Shown one piece after another: positions 9,107 through 20,714 of a DNA stretch of 64,000 nucleotides. Origin of the DNA: Candidatus Melainabacteria bacterium 17Bon1m (GTDB lineage: Bacteria > Cyanobacteriota > Vampirovibrionia > Obscuribacterales > Obscuribacteraceae); contig JAVLKG010000009.1 in assembly GCA_032128875.1 (NCBI GenBank), positions 32,001 through 96,000 on the forward strand, given 5' to 3'. Positions within the stretch are counted from its first letter, which is position 1. Each line of letters starts with the position of its first letter. The position numbers and the translations under genes were made by a program. Below the pieces are notes generated by a model. The model worked only from the letters and a program-made list of their open reading frames with translations. It did no database searches and had not been told where the DNA came from.

Positions 9107-9448
9107 ATGAATACAACCATGAATAAGAACGCGAATCCAAATTTTTTTTCCTGGAACTTGATGCCTTACTTGCTTGCTGCCGGACTTTGCATCGGAGTGA
9201 TTGCAGGCACTCTAAATTACAAGGCGGAAGGAAACGTTCAGTTGGCTCCTGAACTCGCTGATGCTAATCTCTCGGCAGATGCACGCGTTGAAGAAGGAGA
9301 GCAGAATAAGTCACCAGAACGTAGGTTTCTACCTCAACTGCAATATGATGTTCTAAATTCTTCCGCTCAAGTTTTCGTTCCACCTGAATACCAAAACTAC
9401 CAGGTCGCTATTGCTGGTGGCAGATTGAAAACAATAATCAACAAATAG
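9107..9448 (+). CDS. Small hypothetical membrane-anchored/secreted protein
   Basis: One hydrophobic segment (YLLAAGLCIGVIAG); fills the gap before the convergent RND gene; start uncertain (9101/9107/9119). Confidence 0.45.
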   Translation: MNTTMNKNANPNFFSWNLMPYLLAAGLCIGVIAGTLNYKAEGNVQLAPELADANLSADARVEEGEQNKSPERRFLPQLQYDVLNSSAQVFVPPEYQNYQVAIAGGRLKTIINK

Positions 9449-9466
9449 TCCTACTTCGTCGTGCCA

Positions 9467-12400
9467 TCAATGCGATTGAAAGCTCTCTTGGTGTTCCGTT
9501 GTTTCTCGCTTGCGAAACTTCTGCAGTAGTTTGTCGAACCAAACATAAACTACGGGCGTTATATAGAGTGTCAAGATTTGAGAGACTATTAAGCCCCCCA
9601 CAACGACTAAACCCAGTGGACGGCGTGTGTCTGCTCCAGCACCAGTTCCAAACGCGATCGGGAGCGTACCCATCAGCGCAGCCATGGTCGTCATCATGAT
9701 TGGACGGAATCGCACCAGGCAAGCCTGGTAGATAGCCTCTGCCGCTGGCATGCCCTTCTCTCGCTCAAGCTCGAGCGAGAAGTCGATCATCATGATGGCG
9801 TTTTTCTTCACAATGCCAATTAAGAGAATCAGCCCGAGGAAGCCGTAAATGTCCAGGTCAACATGGAAGATTAGCAGCGTAATCATCGCGCCAAGACCGG
9901 CTGCTGGTAAGCCTGAAAGAATGGTAAGCGGGTGTATGAAGCTTTCATAGAGCATCCCCAAGATTACGTAGATGATGACTGTAGCAAGCAGAAGCAACCA
10001 GCCGAGGTTCGAGAATGAATCTTGGAATGTCTTTGCTTGTCCTTGGAAATTCACACTTACAGAGCCCGGAACGCTAGCGTTGGCTTCTTGTGTAATATGA
10101 TCGACAGCTTGCCCGATAGAAAATCCAGGCTTTAAGTTGAACGAAATCGTAGCGGAAGGAAATTGTCCTAAGTGGTTGATGGCCAGAGGTCCGGTGCCGG
10201 GAGTGAGTTGCGCGATTGCACCAAGCGGAACCATCTTTCCACTGGTTGAGCGGATGTAGAGTTTTGACAGTTGCACTGGGTCGCGCTGATACTGCGGCTC
10301 AAGCTCGATGAGGACTTTGTATTGATTGGTTGGCGCGTAAATTGTCGAGATCTGCCGCTGTCCATAAGCGCTGGCTAGCGTTTGCTCGACTTGATCTTGA
10401 GTGATTCCGAGAGCTGCAGCCATTGCCCGGTTGACCGTAATGTCAATCTGGGGTGTGGCGGATTGAATATCGGTGTTGACGTCTGACAGTTCTTTGAACC
10501 CGTCCATCTTTTCTTTGAGCGCGTTTGTTGCTTTGTACAATTCATTCTGATCTGGCGACATCAACGTCACCTGATAGGAGCTTTTCGAGGACATGCCGCC
10601 GATTCTGATTGCGGGCGGGACAGTGAGGAAAGTGTTGATGCCCGGAACTTGCGCAAGTTTTGGACGCAACTCTTTGACTATTTCGTCCGCTTTCTTTGTA
10701 CGTTCTTCAAATGGTTTTAGCGCAATCAAAATGCGGCCGGCGTTGCCAGAGGCACCACCGATGCTGGACATCACGCCTTGAATGCTTTCGTTCTTCTCGA
10801 TGATGGCAGATACTGCTCTTTGGTGCCTGCTCATATTTTCAAATGAGATGTCTTGCGCCGCTTCTGTCGAGCCTGATATCTGACCGGTGTCTTGGGTGGG
10901 CATAAAGCCTTTCGGCACGATCATGAACAACCAGGCGGTCAGAGCGATGCTGACTATTAACAAGGCGAGAACAATATTGGGGTGCGAAACCGAAATTTTG
11001 AGCGTTCTTTCGTATTGTCTGGCCAGCCACTGCCAACCGTCTTCCAAAGCTCCTAACCATGCAATTTGCTTTTCCGCTGTTTCAGGGGTTAACCAGCGGC
11101 TTGACAGCATTGGTGTCAGCGTTAGAGAGACAAAGCCTGAGATCAATATGGAAACTGCCATTGTGACGGCAAACTCATTGAAAAGTCTGCCGACAATTCC
11201 ACCCATCAAAAGTATGGGTAAAAATACTGCCACCAGTGACAGTGTCATACTAATGATGGTGAAAGTAATTTCGCGTGTCGCTTCGATTGCAGCTTGAAAG
11301 GGTTTTTTGCCCATTTCCATGTGCCGGACTATGTTCTCCAGCACAACCACCGCGTCGTCGACAACGAATCCGACAGATAGTGTTAGAGCCATCAGCGATA
11401 GATTGTTTAAGCTGAACCCGAGTAAATGCATCGCCGCAAATGTGCCGACGAGCGAAGTTGGTAATGCGAGACTCGGAATAACTGTGGCAGGAACATTGCG
11501 CAGGAAAAGAAATATAACCAACACCACCAAGCCGATGGTGAGCACGAGTGTAAACTCCACATCCTCGATTGACGCCCGAATTGACGTGGTGCGGTCATAG
11601 AGAACATCCATGTTGACCGAGCCAGGAATTTGATTGCGCAGCTCTGGAAGAATGGCTTTGATTGAGTCAACTATTTCGACGGTGTTGGTTCCTGGCTGCC
11701 GCATAATTGCCAAAACAATCGCGCGCTTGCCGTTGTACCAACTCGCTTGCTTGTCGTTTTCCACGCTGTCCGTGACCTTGCCGAGGTCGGAAATGACAAT
11801 CGGTGAGCCATTCTTGTACATGACGACGAGCTTTGAAAATTGCTCTGCGTTGGACAGCGGACCATTGGTGCGAAGCATAAATGCCGAGTGCGGACCATAA
11901 AGTGTCCCAGCCGGAACGTTCACGTTGCCTTTTGAAATGGCGTTGGTGACGTCTTCGAATCCAACGTTTCTTGCGGTCAAAGCATCAGGACTCAAGTCGA
12001 TACGAACGGCATATTTCTGTCCGCCGAAGACATTGACCTGCGCCACACCTTCCAGCATCGAAAGACGCTGGGCGACGGTTGTTTCGGCGTACTCATCGAC
12101 TTGGTAAAGGGGCAGCGAATCCGAACTCAACGACAAGTACAAGATAGGTGAATCCGCTGGATTTACCTTCCGGTAAGTTGGTGGCGTCGGCATCACCGGG
12201 AGTAGCCTGGAGGCAGCGGCGATTGCGGTTTGAACATCCTGTGCGGCGGCGTCTATGTCGCGTGTGAGATCGAACTGCAAGGTGATTGAAGTCGAGCCTA
12301 AAGAACTCGTCGAGTTCATTGACGAGATACCAGCAATTGTCGCGAACTGGCGCTCGAGCGGTGTCGCGACGGCGTTTGCCATCGTCGCTGGATTGGCCCC

Positions 12401-12556
12401 AGGTAAGCTTGCTGAGACTGAAATTGTCGGAAAATCGATCGTGGGCAGATCGTTGACTGGCAACGTGGTGAAGCTGATTATGCCGAAAAGAACAATCGCC
12501 GACATCATTAGTGTCGTAAAGATCGGGCGCCGTATGAAGAGTGATGCGAAGTTCAT
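9467..12556 (-). CDS. RND efflux permease, MdtB/MdtC-type (AcrB family)
   Basis: 1029 aa; FIRRPI start, GFVVDDAVVVLENI, GIVKKNAIMMIDF and RFRPIMMTT motifs. Confidence 0.95.
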   Translation of the reverse strand: MNFASLFIRRPIFTTLMMSAIVLFGIISFTTLPVNDLPTIDFPTISVSASLPGANPATMANAVATPLERQFATIAGISSMNSTSSLGSTSITLQFDLTRDIDAAAQDVQTAIAAASRLLPVMPTPPTYRKVNPADSPILYLSLSSDSLPLYQVDEYAETTVAQRLSMLEGVAQVNVFGGQKYAVRIDLSPDALTARNVGFEDVTNAISKGNVNVPAGTLYGPHSAFMLRTNGPLSNAEQFSKLVVMYKNGSPIVISDLGKVTDSVENDKQASWYNGKRAIVLAIMRQPGTNTVEIVDSIKAILPELRNQIPGSVNMDVLYDRTTSIRASIEDVEFTLVLTIGLVVLVIFLFLRNVPATVIPSLALPTSLVGTFAAMHLLGFSLNNLSLMALTLSVGFVVDDAVVVLENIVRHMEMGKKPFQAAIEATREITFTIISMTLSLVAVFLPILLMGGIVGRLFNEFAVTMAVSILISGFVSLTLTPMLSSRWLTPETAEKQIAWLGALEDGWQWLARQYERTLKISVSHPNIVLALLIVSIALTAWLFMIVPKGFMPTQDTGQISGSTEAAQDISFENMSRHQRAVSAIIEKNESIQGVMSSIGGASGNAGRILIALKPFEERTKKADEIVKELRPKLAQVPGINTFLTVPPAIRIGGMSSKSSYQVTLMSPDQNELYKATNALKEKMDGFKELSDVNTDIQSATPQIDITVNRAMAAALGITQDQVEQTLASAYGQRQISTIYAPTNQYKVLIELEPQYQRDPVQLSKLYIRSTSGKMVPLGAIAQLTPGTGPLAINHLGQFPSATISFNLKPGFSIGQAVDHITQEANASVPGSVSVNFQGQAKTFQDSFSNLGWLLLLATVIIYVILGMLYESFIHPLTILSGLPAAGLGAMITLLIFHVDLDIYGFLGLILLIGIVKKNAIMMIDFSLELEREKGMPAAEAIYQACLVRFRPIMMTTMAALMGTLPIAFGTGAGADTRRPLGLVVVGGLIVSQILTLYITPVVYVWFDKLLQKFRKRETTEHQESFQSH

Positions 12557-13908
12557 GGCACCGGCTCGGTGACTTTTACTTTGGTGCCTTCGGCAAGTTG
12601 AATTTGTCCATCAGTGACGACCTGGTCGCCTGCCTTGACACCGCTCAAAATTGCCGTCACCCCGTCAATCGCCGGACCAACGGTAACGGGCACCATGTGT
12701 GCAGTTTTGTCCGGATGAACTATCCAGATGAACTGACCCTTCTGTCCTGTTTGGACTGCCTGCGTTGGCACAACAACTGCATTACGAATGCTGTCCAAAT
12801 TCATCACGACATCGACATACTGACTCGGCCACAGCGCTTTGTCTTTGTTCTCGAATATCGCTTTCAGTTTGACTGTTCCCGTTGTGTTGTCCACAGTGTT
12901 GTCGATAAAAGTGACTTTCCCATCAGTCGCCAAAACCTGCCCATTCGAGCGAGTAGCGCGGACTGTCAACACACCCTTTTCAGCGCAAGCTTGTACCTTT
13001 CGAAACTGCTCTTGCGGAACGGAAAGTTCGACATAAATTGGAGCAGTTTGAACAATGGTAGTAAGAATATCCTCGTCTGCTCGAACCACGTTGCCTTTCA
13101 ACACGAGAATGTGCCCTGTTCGTCCATCGATTGGCGCATTGACTGTTGTAAAACCCATTTGAATCTTGGCGTTTTGCAAGGTCGCCTTCGAGGCTTCGAG
13201 CTGCGCATATGCATTTTTCAAATTCGCTCTATCGACCGTCACTTGTGCTTCAGCATTTAAGATCGTCGCCCGCCCGGCTTCTACAGTCGCGGTTGTCGAC
13301 TCCATTTTTGTCTCACGCGCTTCCTTATCCATTTGCGACACTGCACCAGCATTTGCGAGGAAGTCGAATCGTTGCGCATCTCTCTCTGCTTGTCTCGCCA
13401 GCGCTACATCGCGTTTGAGATTGGCCTTTGTCTGTTCCACGGTCGCTTGATCTTTTGCGATTGCCGCTTTAGCTTGGGCAATCATTGCTTCTTGTTTAGC
13501 CACTTCAGATTCTGCTTGCATTAGCGCCGCACGCGATGGGCGCGGATCGATGGTGAAAAGCAAATCGCGTTTTTTGACGATTTGCCCTTCGGTAAAATGA
13601 ACGTTGACGACCCTGCCGCCAATACGTGGTTTGACAGAAACCTGCTGCAAGGGAACGACGTTGCCTATGCTGTGGAGTTGCTCCGGCACATCGCGAACCG
13701 TAGCCGTCGCCAATGTGACAACTGCGGAGCGCTTGGGGCGTGCCTCTTTCTTTTCGTGCTTGTTGAAAAAGAAATACGTCCCGGCGGCAACGCACACGAA
13801 TAACACAATGAGAATCAGTCTCGTATGCGACGTCCTTTTTTCTCTTTGTTGGGATACCTGGCCAGGCGGCGCTTCAATTGTCAATTCGGGTCCTCGAGAC
13901 ACTTGCAT
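12553..13908 (-). CDS. RND periplasmic adaptor (MdtA-type membrane fusion protein)
   Basis: N-terminal TM, lipoyl-like halves (FTEGQIVKK, APIDGRTG), long helical hairpin, DNTVDNTTGTVKLKA; ATGA overlap with the permease. Confidence 0.93.
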   Translation of the reverse strand: MQVSRGPELTIEAPPGQVSQQREKRTSHTRLILIVLFVCVAAGTYFFFNKHEKKEARPKRSAVVTLATATVRDVPEQLHSIGNVVPLQQVSVKPRIGGRVVNVHFTEGQIVKKRDLLFTIDPRPSRAALMQAESEVAKQEAMIAQAKAAIAKDQATVEQTKANLKRDVALARQAERDAQRFDFLANAGAVSQMDKEARETKMESTTATVEAGRATILNAEAQVTVDRANLKNAYAQLEASKATLQNAKIQMGFTTVNAPIDGRTGHILVLKGNVVRADEDILTTIVQTAPIYVELSVPQEQFRKVQACAEKGVLTVRATRSNGQVLATDGKVTFIDNTVDNTTGTVKLKAIFENKDKALWPSQYVDVVMNLDSIRNAVVVPTQAVQTGQKGQFIWIVHPDKTAHMVPVTVGPAIDGVTAILSGVKAGDQVVTDGQIQLAEGTKVKVTEPVP

Positions 13909-14111
13909 GCTTTATCCATTAAGTTTAGGACGCAGCATATCAAGACGCTCTAAAGAATACGGTGGTTCCACGATTATAGGTGTAAATCCGTTATAGCGCG
14001 TTAACCGAAAAGGCTGAATTCCCGTTCTCCGGCTTGATTTTGAGGCGTACCGCGTGAGCGTACCGCGTGTCCAAAAGGACGCAGTGTGGTCAAGATGGAG
14101 CCTTTGTCTTC

Positions 14112-14163
14112 GTGGGGGCGCGTCGCACGCGCTCTCAAAATATTGGTCGCATGCAATGCGCAC
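14112..14163. repeat. REP-like family A copy plus degenerate inverted partner
   Basis: GTGGGGGCGCGTCGCACGCGC at 14112 and GGTCGCATGCAATGCGCAC at 14145, just after the MOSC gene stop. Confidence 0.7.
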
Positions 14164-14168
14164 GATTA

Positions 14169-14978
14169 CTATTCGGCGCTCAGCTCATCGCCGACTTTCA
14201 AGTCGCCCGGTTTTGTCACTGTGAGGTTTTGGCCGAAGAGCACGCCGCTCTCTGATGCACGAAAGCCCGCAAGCGTTCTCAGCGGCTCGACGCCACGCTC
14301 AGCAGTTTTTTGATCAGTCGTCGTGATTACGCACCGCGCGCATGGTTTTGCAGAAGCCAGTGTGACGCCGGACTGCGAAGTCAGAGTCTTGAACTCGTCT
14401 TCTTCAAATGGCTCGCAACCTTCGATAACAATGTTTGGGCGGAAACGATTCATGGGCAGCGGCTTATCCAGCTTTGCATTAAGCGTATCGAGCGAAGCTT
14501 TGGAGATAACAAGCAAAGGATATTGATCTTGAAAGCGAACACTGCCTTCAAATTCTTTGCCTTCATCGATGATGGGACGCTTGAAGCCGTCTTTCATTTT
14601 GACGAGACGGCATTTTGTTTCTAAGTAGTCAGATAACCATGCTGCCACATCATCGCCTTCGTCGATTGCGTAGCATTCATCTTTCCATACCGTGACCCGT
14701 TTGAAATCGAGGTCTTCGGGATGATCGACGTGCGGCACTGTGATGCTTTGGCGTCCGTCAGCGCTCAAAGTTAAATCGCCATTTTCGTTGATCGCTGTGT
14801 GCACCAAAGCCATTTTTGGAATTTCGCGCTGCGTAAGAAACTTTCCGCTAGGCAGCGTCACAAGCCAATTCCGGTCGAAGCGAATGCCCTTCTCTTCAAT
14901 CGTCGCGTTGTCCAGGGAGATGCCTCCAAGCGACTTAACCGGATAGCGATTTAGTTCTACAATGCGCACCTTTTTCAT
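14169..14978 (-). CDS. MOSC domain protein (YcbX/mARC-like)
   Basis: YPVKSLGG, DRNWLV, RFRPNIVIEG and KPCARCVITT motifs; start moved to ATG 14978 (GAAGGA RBS). Confidence 0.93.
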   Translation of the reverse strand: MKKVRIVELNRYPVKSLGGISLDNATIEEKGIRFDRNWLVTLPSGKFLTQREIPKMALVHTAINENGDLTLSADGRQSITVPHVDHPEDLDFKRVTVWKDECYAIDEGDDVAAWLSDYLETKCRLVKMKDGFKRPIIDEGKEFEGSVRFQDQYPLLVISKASLDTLNAKLDKPLPMNRFRPNIVIEGCEPFEEDEFKTLTSQSGVTLASAKPCARCVITTTDQKTAERGVEPLRTLAGFRASESGVLFGQNLTVTKPGDLKVGDELSAE

Positions 14979-15010
14979 TGCGTTAGTTCCTTCGGTTGCT
15001 TCTCTTCTGT

Positions 15011-15063
15011 GTACGGGAGCCGCATGCGGCTCCCTGCCAGGGAGGCACATGTGCCTCCCGTAC
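15011..15063. repeat. Inverted pair of REP-like palindromes with GTAC ends
   Basis: GTACGGGAGCCGCATGCGGCTCCC (15011-15034) and GGGAGGCACATGTGCCTCCCGTAC (15040-15063). Confidence 0.7.
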
Positions 15064-15066
15064 GAA

Positions 15067-16365
15067 TTACGGTGAGGCGTCGAATTCGCCTTTCTTTTGT
15101 CCTTCTTTCAGCTTTTGATCAAACTCGATTAGCTGATCTCTCGATTCTTGTTCAAGATTGCTTTCTTCTGTTGTGTAGACAATATCTTCCGACTTGATAG
15201 CGTGCGTGCCGATACGCAAATTGTTTGCGTGGCTGAGTTTTTTCGCGAGTTGTGCTGATGGTGCCTTTAGCATTTCAGCGTAGGTCGAACGTTTTCCATT
15301 GCGTTCTGTAATTCTCTTGTTGATAGCATCGAGCACGAATTTTCTGACGAGCGGAATTACAACAAAAAGAGTTCCATAAGTCACTAGTGGTAAAAGAATG
15401 GGCCACAACTCCCGTAAGCTCGGTTGCAAGAAAAGCCACCATGTGCCGAGGAAGTTGAAGCCTGCAAGCACATAAACCATCACCAAGTTTCCAGCTTGGG
15501 GTCCGACAAATGGCCAACGATTTTCTTTGAGGAACGGAGCGCTGACGTGTGCGTCTCTTCCCGACGCGCTGACTTGCATCGAGGGAAAACTATAGACAAT
15601 TCCGCCTTCATCAGTCACTTCCGGTTTGCCGTCAAAGCGCACCAGTACAGGCAGCACGGCATCTTCATTGGTGGGCTCCGCGCCAGTGTAGGGAGCCAAT
15701 TGTTCTGCAGTAACAACGCCACCATGTTCGCGAATTGAATTAGCGATAAGAGTCCATTTTCTTTCTTCTATGTCGGCATTTGGATTGCCGTCACCAAATA
15801 GGAATGAAAAACAATCAAATAGGAAATTACTCTTGCGCTGGCGCCGCTGCTGCTGGTTTCCGTATGGAGTAGACGCCGAGTACATGCCCCAAGTGAGTAA
15901 ATCCCGAAGTATCAGGTAGTCAAAAAATCCGAAGTGAAAACTGCCACCACCGTAGTCATCGCGGTCGTTGTTTCCGCCCTTATTGCTGTATATCATGATG
16001 GCAATAAAGATAAACAAAACCGCTAAGACGGAAAGAATCAGCATGATTCCAAAAGAAATTCTCAGCAAGAAATAGGCGACATCGAAAACCTTTTTTCCAA
16101 AGACTTGGAAAAATCTTGCAATGCCTTTCGCCAAATAAGCGTTTTGAAAACCGGGATCGAATTTGTATGCAACATCACCGGTGGTGGCAACTTCCATGTG
16201 CCCGCCAGTTTCTGCTGCAACCTTGTTGAGTTCTGCTTGTGCTACCAAAACAGGCAGACCTGTTTTCGCCGCAACGTCAGCCGCCGTGACACGGCGTCCG
16301 AGCGAATCGACCGCCTTGAGGACAATCTCCTTTTCTTTCGTTTTTAATACGGGTTGTGCTTGCAT
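15067..16365 (-). CDS. Conserved membrane protein resembling the cyanobacterial/plastid At5g03900 family
   Basis: RVTAADVAAKTGL...GGHMEVATTGDVAYKF, FSFLFGDGNPNADIEERKW and GGVVTAEQLAPY segments recalled from that family; several TM helices. Confidence 0.72.
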   Translation of the reverse strand: MQAQPVLKTKEKEIVLKAVDSLGRRVTAADVAAKTGLPVLVAQAELNKVAAETGGHMEVATTGDVAYKFDPGFQNAYLAKGIARFFQVFGKKVFDVAYFLLRISFGIMLILSVLAVLFIFIAIMIYSNKGGNNDRDDYGGGSFHFGFFDYLILRDLLTWGMYSASTPYGNQQQRRQRKSNFLFDCFSFLFGDGNPNADIEERKWTLIANSIREHGGVVTAEQLAPYTGAEPTNEDAVLPVLVRFDGKPEVTDEGGIVYSFPSMQVSASGRDAHVSAPFLKENRWPFVGPQAGNLVMVYVLAGFNFLGTWWLFLQPSLRELWPILLPLVTYGTLFVVIPLVRKFVLDAINKRITERNGKRSTYAEMLKAPSAQLAKKLSHANNLRIGTHAIKSEDIVYTTEESNLEQESRDQLIEFDQKLKEGQKKGEFDASP

Positions 16366-16384
16366 GAGCTTTGAAAGGTTTTTG

Positions 16385-18349
16385 TCAGTGTTGACTTAAT
16401 GCTAAAACTGCATCAGTAATTGCAAGTAAAGCACATATCAACGACTCTCCGGCGACTCCGCCCGAAGCGATAGGAATCACGTAAAGCTCGGCCGTTTTCT
16501 TGTTGAGCTTGCTCCAAACGAGCGCTATTAAGGCACCGATGAAAAAAGAGAAGGCATTGGCGAACGGCATGATCCAGGCAAGCCCTAAGCCCATTGCCGA
16601 CGGCATGTAGGGCTTCCACTTCTTGGGTGCGAAGTGGTCGATGAGCGCCATGACGATGCCCAGCGTTGCGCCGATCAAAAGTGCGTAACGTGCCGTTACG
16701 GGGATGTAATCGATACCTTTCGATAAGGCTTCAGCGACAGCTTTCCACATATTGGACGAAGGCGGGTTGTATTTGTCCAGCGCTTCCTTCGTGGGAATCA
16801 TCAAGAACCAGGCGGGCACGACCGCGACGGTCCCGAAGAAAACGCCGAAGAATTGGGCGATGAACTGTTTGCGCGCATTAGCACCGAGCAAATATCCGCT
16901 CTTCAGGTCGGTGAGAAGGTCGGCAGAGCTGGACGCGATGTTGGACGTGACGCTGGCCGCCATCAAGTTTGTGGTGATGTTTGAAGGCGCGAGGAAAGCG
17001 TAAGTGAGCTGAGTCAATTTGCCCATCGGTCCTATTGGCGTGATGTCTGTCTCTCCGGTCGAGCGGCAGGCAACCAAGGCGAGGAAAGCGCTGACGACTA
17101 CTGACACTAGACCGAGAATTGGGTTAATGGAAAATGCAATGTATTCCAAAATGACCATCGCGATTGTCAGCGGAATGGCGCCGATGACGAGCCATTTGAG
17201 TGGAACTTCAATTGCAGCAATACGCTCTTCGTCAGATGCGTCGGCGGCGCTGGCGCCGGGTTTTACACTGCCGAAAGAGCGGGCGATAGTTTTCCATTGG
17301 AGGGCGAATGCCGTCAAACCGGAGGTGACCATGAGCCCGGTTCCGCCCCAGAGCGCCCAGCCCTTAATAAGTTTTGGCGCTTCAACTTCGTGAATGCTAA
17401 CCGCCCACGGTCCAACGATGAAGTACAAGAGCGCTGAGCCAAACATCATGGTTGCGCACACGCGCATACCAACGATCATTCCAGCGCCAATTAGCAAAAT
17501 GCTAGGCTCGAAACCAAAACCTGGCATCTTAGAAAGATCGACGCCGCGAATGTTCCCAGAAAATGGAACTAGATCTGGCAGCTTTGGGTAGTTGATGTTG
17601 AAGTGCTTTTGCCACTCGTATTCGCCCTTAATCAAGCCTACAAAGAGACCGCAAAACAAAGCCGTCACAAGAAAGCGTGCTTGAAGAATTGCTTCTTTGC
17701 TCTGTCCGTACAAGCTTTTTAGTGTTTCCGCTGCGGCGATGCCACTCGGGAATGCCAGCTTTTCTTCGTTGATCATCTGCCGTTTCATTGGTACGGCGAG
17801 GAAAACCCCGAGCAATGCAGTGACCAATGTCCACGGAAGGAGAATTTGCCACGGGACATGATTGCCCGTGATCAATAGGTATGCACCAAAAGCGGTGCCG
17901 ATGGTCGCGCCTGTCGAATAACCTGCGGCTGACGCAGTGGACTGCATGCAGTTGTTTTCCAAGATGCTCATCGGTGTGAGCTTGGGCGCAATCACGCGAA
18001 TTGAATTCCAAATGACATAGGAAAGAACGCAAGCAGTAATCGCGACGCCGAACGCCCAGCCCACTTTGATTGAGGTGTAAAGGTTGGAAATCGACATGAG
18101 AGAACCGAGCAAGCCGCCCATAATGACAGCGCGCACTGTGAGCTGCGGAACTTTGTCTCCCTGATAAACATTCTTCAGCCAGTATTCCTGCGAGTAATTT
18201 CCTGTCGCTTCATCAACAGACTCTCCGCCGTCTACGTGGTGCGGCTCACCAGCATGTTCGCCTTCAGCCATCGCTGCCGTATGCTCAGGAACCTCTCTAT
18301 TAATCGGGTTCTTTTCAGGTGTATCGCCTTTGTTTGCCGCATCCGCCAC
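16385..18349 (-). CDS. OPT-family (YSL-like) oligopeptide transporter
   Basis: QLTVRAVIMG, LENNCMQSTASA, LAFPSGIAAAE and DLKSGYLLGAN motifs with many TMs; GTG at 18349 after GAGGA. Confidence 0.92.
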   Translation of the reverse strand: MADAANKGDTPEKNPINREVPEHTAAMAEGEHAGEPHHVDGGESVDEATGNYSQEYWLKNVYQGDKVPQLTVRAVIMGGLLGSLMSISNLYTSIKVGWAFGVAITACVLSYVIWNSIRVIAPKLTPMSILENNCMQSTASAAGYSTGATIGTAFGAYLLITGNHVPWQILLPWTLVTALLGVFLAVPMKRQMINEEKLAFPSGIAAAETLKSLYGQSKEAILQARFLVTALFCGLFVGLIKGEYEWQKHFNINYPKLPDLVPFSGNIRGVDLSKMPGFGFEPSILLIGAGMIVGMRVCATMMFGSALLYFIVGPWAVSIHEVEAPKLIKGWALWGGTGLMVTSGLTAFALQWKTIARSFGSVKPGASAADASDEERIAAIEVPLKWLVIGAIPLTIAMVILEYIAFSINPILGLVSVVVSAFLALVACRSTGETDITPIGPMGKLTQLTYAFLAPSNITTNLMAASVTSNIASSSADLLTDLKSGYLLGANARKQFIAQFFGVFFGTVAVVPAWFLMIPTKEALDKYNPPSSNMWKAVAEALSKGIDYIPVTARYALLIGATLGIVMALIDHFAPKKWKPYMPSAMGLGLAWIMPFANAFSFFIGALIALVWSKLNKKTAELYVIPIASGGVAGESLICALLAITDAVLALSQH

Positions 18350-18461
18350 GGGGCAGTCCTCTTTTGATTTGTTGGTGAAGCTGAATAATATTTGAAATTG
18401 CAGATTGCTTTTCGCAATTGGCAAAATCACTGACGCCATGCTCGTCAGTTTCGTTACGAAG

Positions 18462-19868
<1,407 letters not shown>

Positions 19869-19920
19869 TCACGCGGCATGCTTTTTGCCAATGCAAATTT
19901 GTAGTTCTCAAAATCAAAAA

Positions 19921-19981
19921 GGGCGTATGCAATGCGCCCCGCGGTGTTTCTAAATGCGGGCGAGCCGCCCGCGCAACCAGG
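19921..19981 (-). repeat. Composite of REP-like family A and family B palindromes
   Basis: Inverted family A copy at 19921-19943 and ATGCGGGCGAGCCGCCCGCGCAACCAGG at 19954-19981. Confidence 0.7.
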
Positions 19982-19995
19982 TTTCGCTACGGCGA

Positions 19996-20679
19996 TTACG
20001 TCACGCCGGCGATGCGGCGGCTGTTCTTGCGATGCGATGCGTGGCTCGAACCCAAGTGAACGGTAGCTTTTTCTTGTTCAAACTCTGGTTGCGACGCCTC
20101 AGCTCTCGCTTCCATGCGCCTGCGAACTTCGGCAATAACGAAGTCTACGCGTTCGTCCGGCGTCATTGCAGGCACCCGCACGACTTCAACGCCGCGGCTG
20201 GAGTAGCAATTCTCCAAAATGGCTGAAATTGCGTGCGTAAACTCGAGGTCTTCGCGGCGCACGTCCGTTTTATCAAAAAAGTTCAAGGGCTCGACAAGGA
20301 ATGCCACTGAGTATTTCGAGGCATCCAGCTGCGAAAATCTGTCCGGAATTTCTAGCTTGTCGTAGATGTAATAAGCCTCTCCATCGAAAAGTCCTCGGTC
20401 CAAAAAGACCGGTCCTTCGACGCTATCTAACTCCTTTTCGGCTGCGCATTGCCTGCGCAAAACCTCGTTTTGGAAAGAGCAGCGGTCCACCCAGGGAAGG
20501 AGGACGCCCTCTTTGATGATTTGCGTCGCGAATTCCTGAACAAAAGGGAAGCCTCGCTCGGCAACACCCGACACAATGGTCGTTTTGCCCACTGAAGGTC
20601 CACCGGTGATGACTATCCGCATGCCGATTTCGTCCCCGCTTGATGCCAGTTCGCCCGTTGCCGCCGGAGAGGCGGTCAT
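19996..20679 (-). CDS. P-loop NTPase, NadR/Ttd14 (AAA_28)-like
   Basis: IVITGGPSVGKTT Walker A, VFLDRG, DVRRED; alternative start at 20622. Confidence 0.85.
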   Translation of the reverse strand: MTASPAATGELASSGDEIGMRIVITGGPSVGKTTIVSGVAERGFPFVQEFATQIIKEGVLLPWVDRCSFQNEVLRRQCAAEKELDSVEGPVFLDRGLFDGEAYYIYDKLEIPDRFSQLDASKYSVAFLVEPLNFFDKTDVRREDLEFTHAISAILENCYSSRGVEVVRVPAMTPDERVDFVIAEVRRRMEARAEASQPEFEQEKATVHLGSSHASHRKNSRRIAGVT

Positions 20680-20714
20680 CTCTTTCTGCTTTTCTTTCTA
20701 TCGCCAGCCAGCGC

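Noticed and set aside
12541-13260. 239-aa + strand ORF
   Set aside because: Antisense shadow of the RND adaptor; no protein-like motifs.
14979-15050. N-terminal extension of the MOSC ORF given in the track
   Set aside because: Runs through the palindrome pair; ATG 14978 has an RBS and matches the family start.
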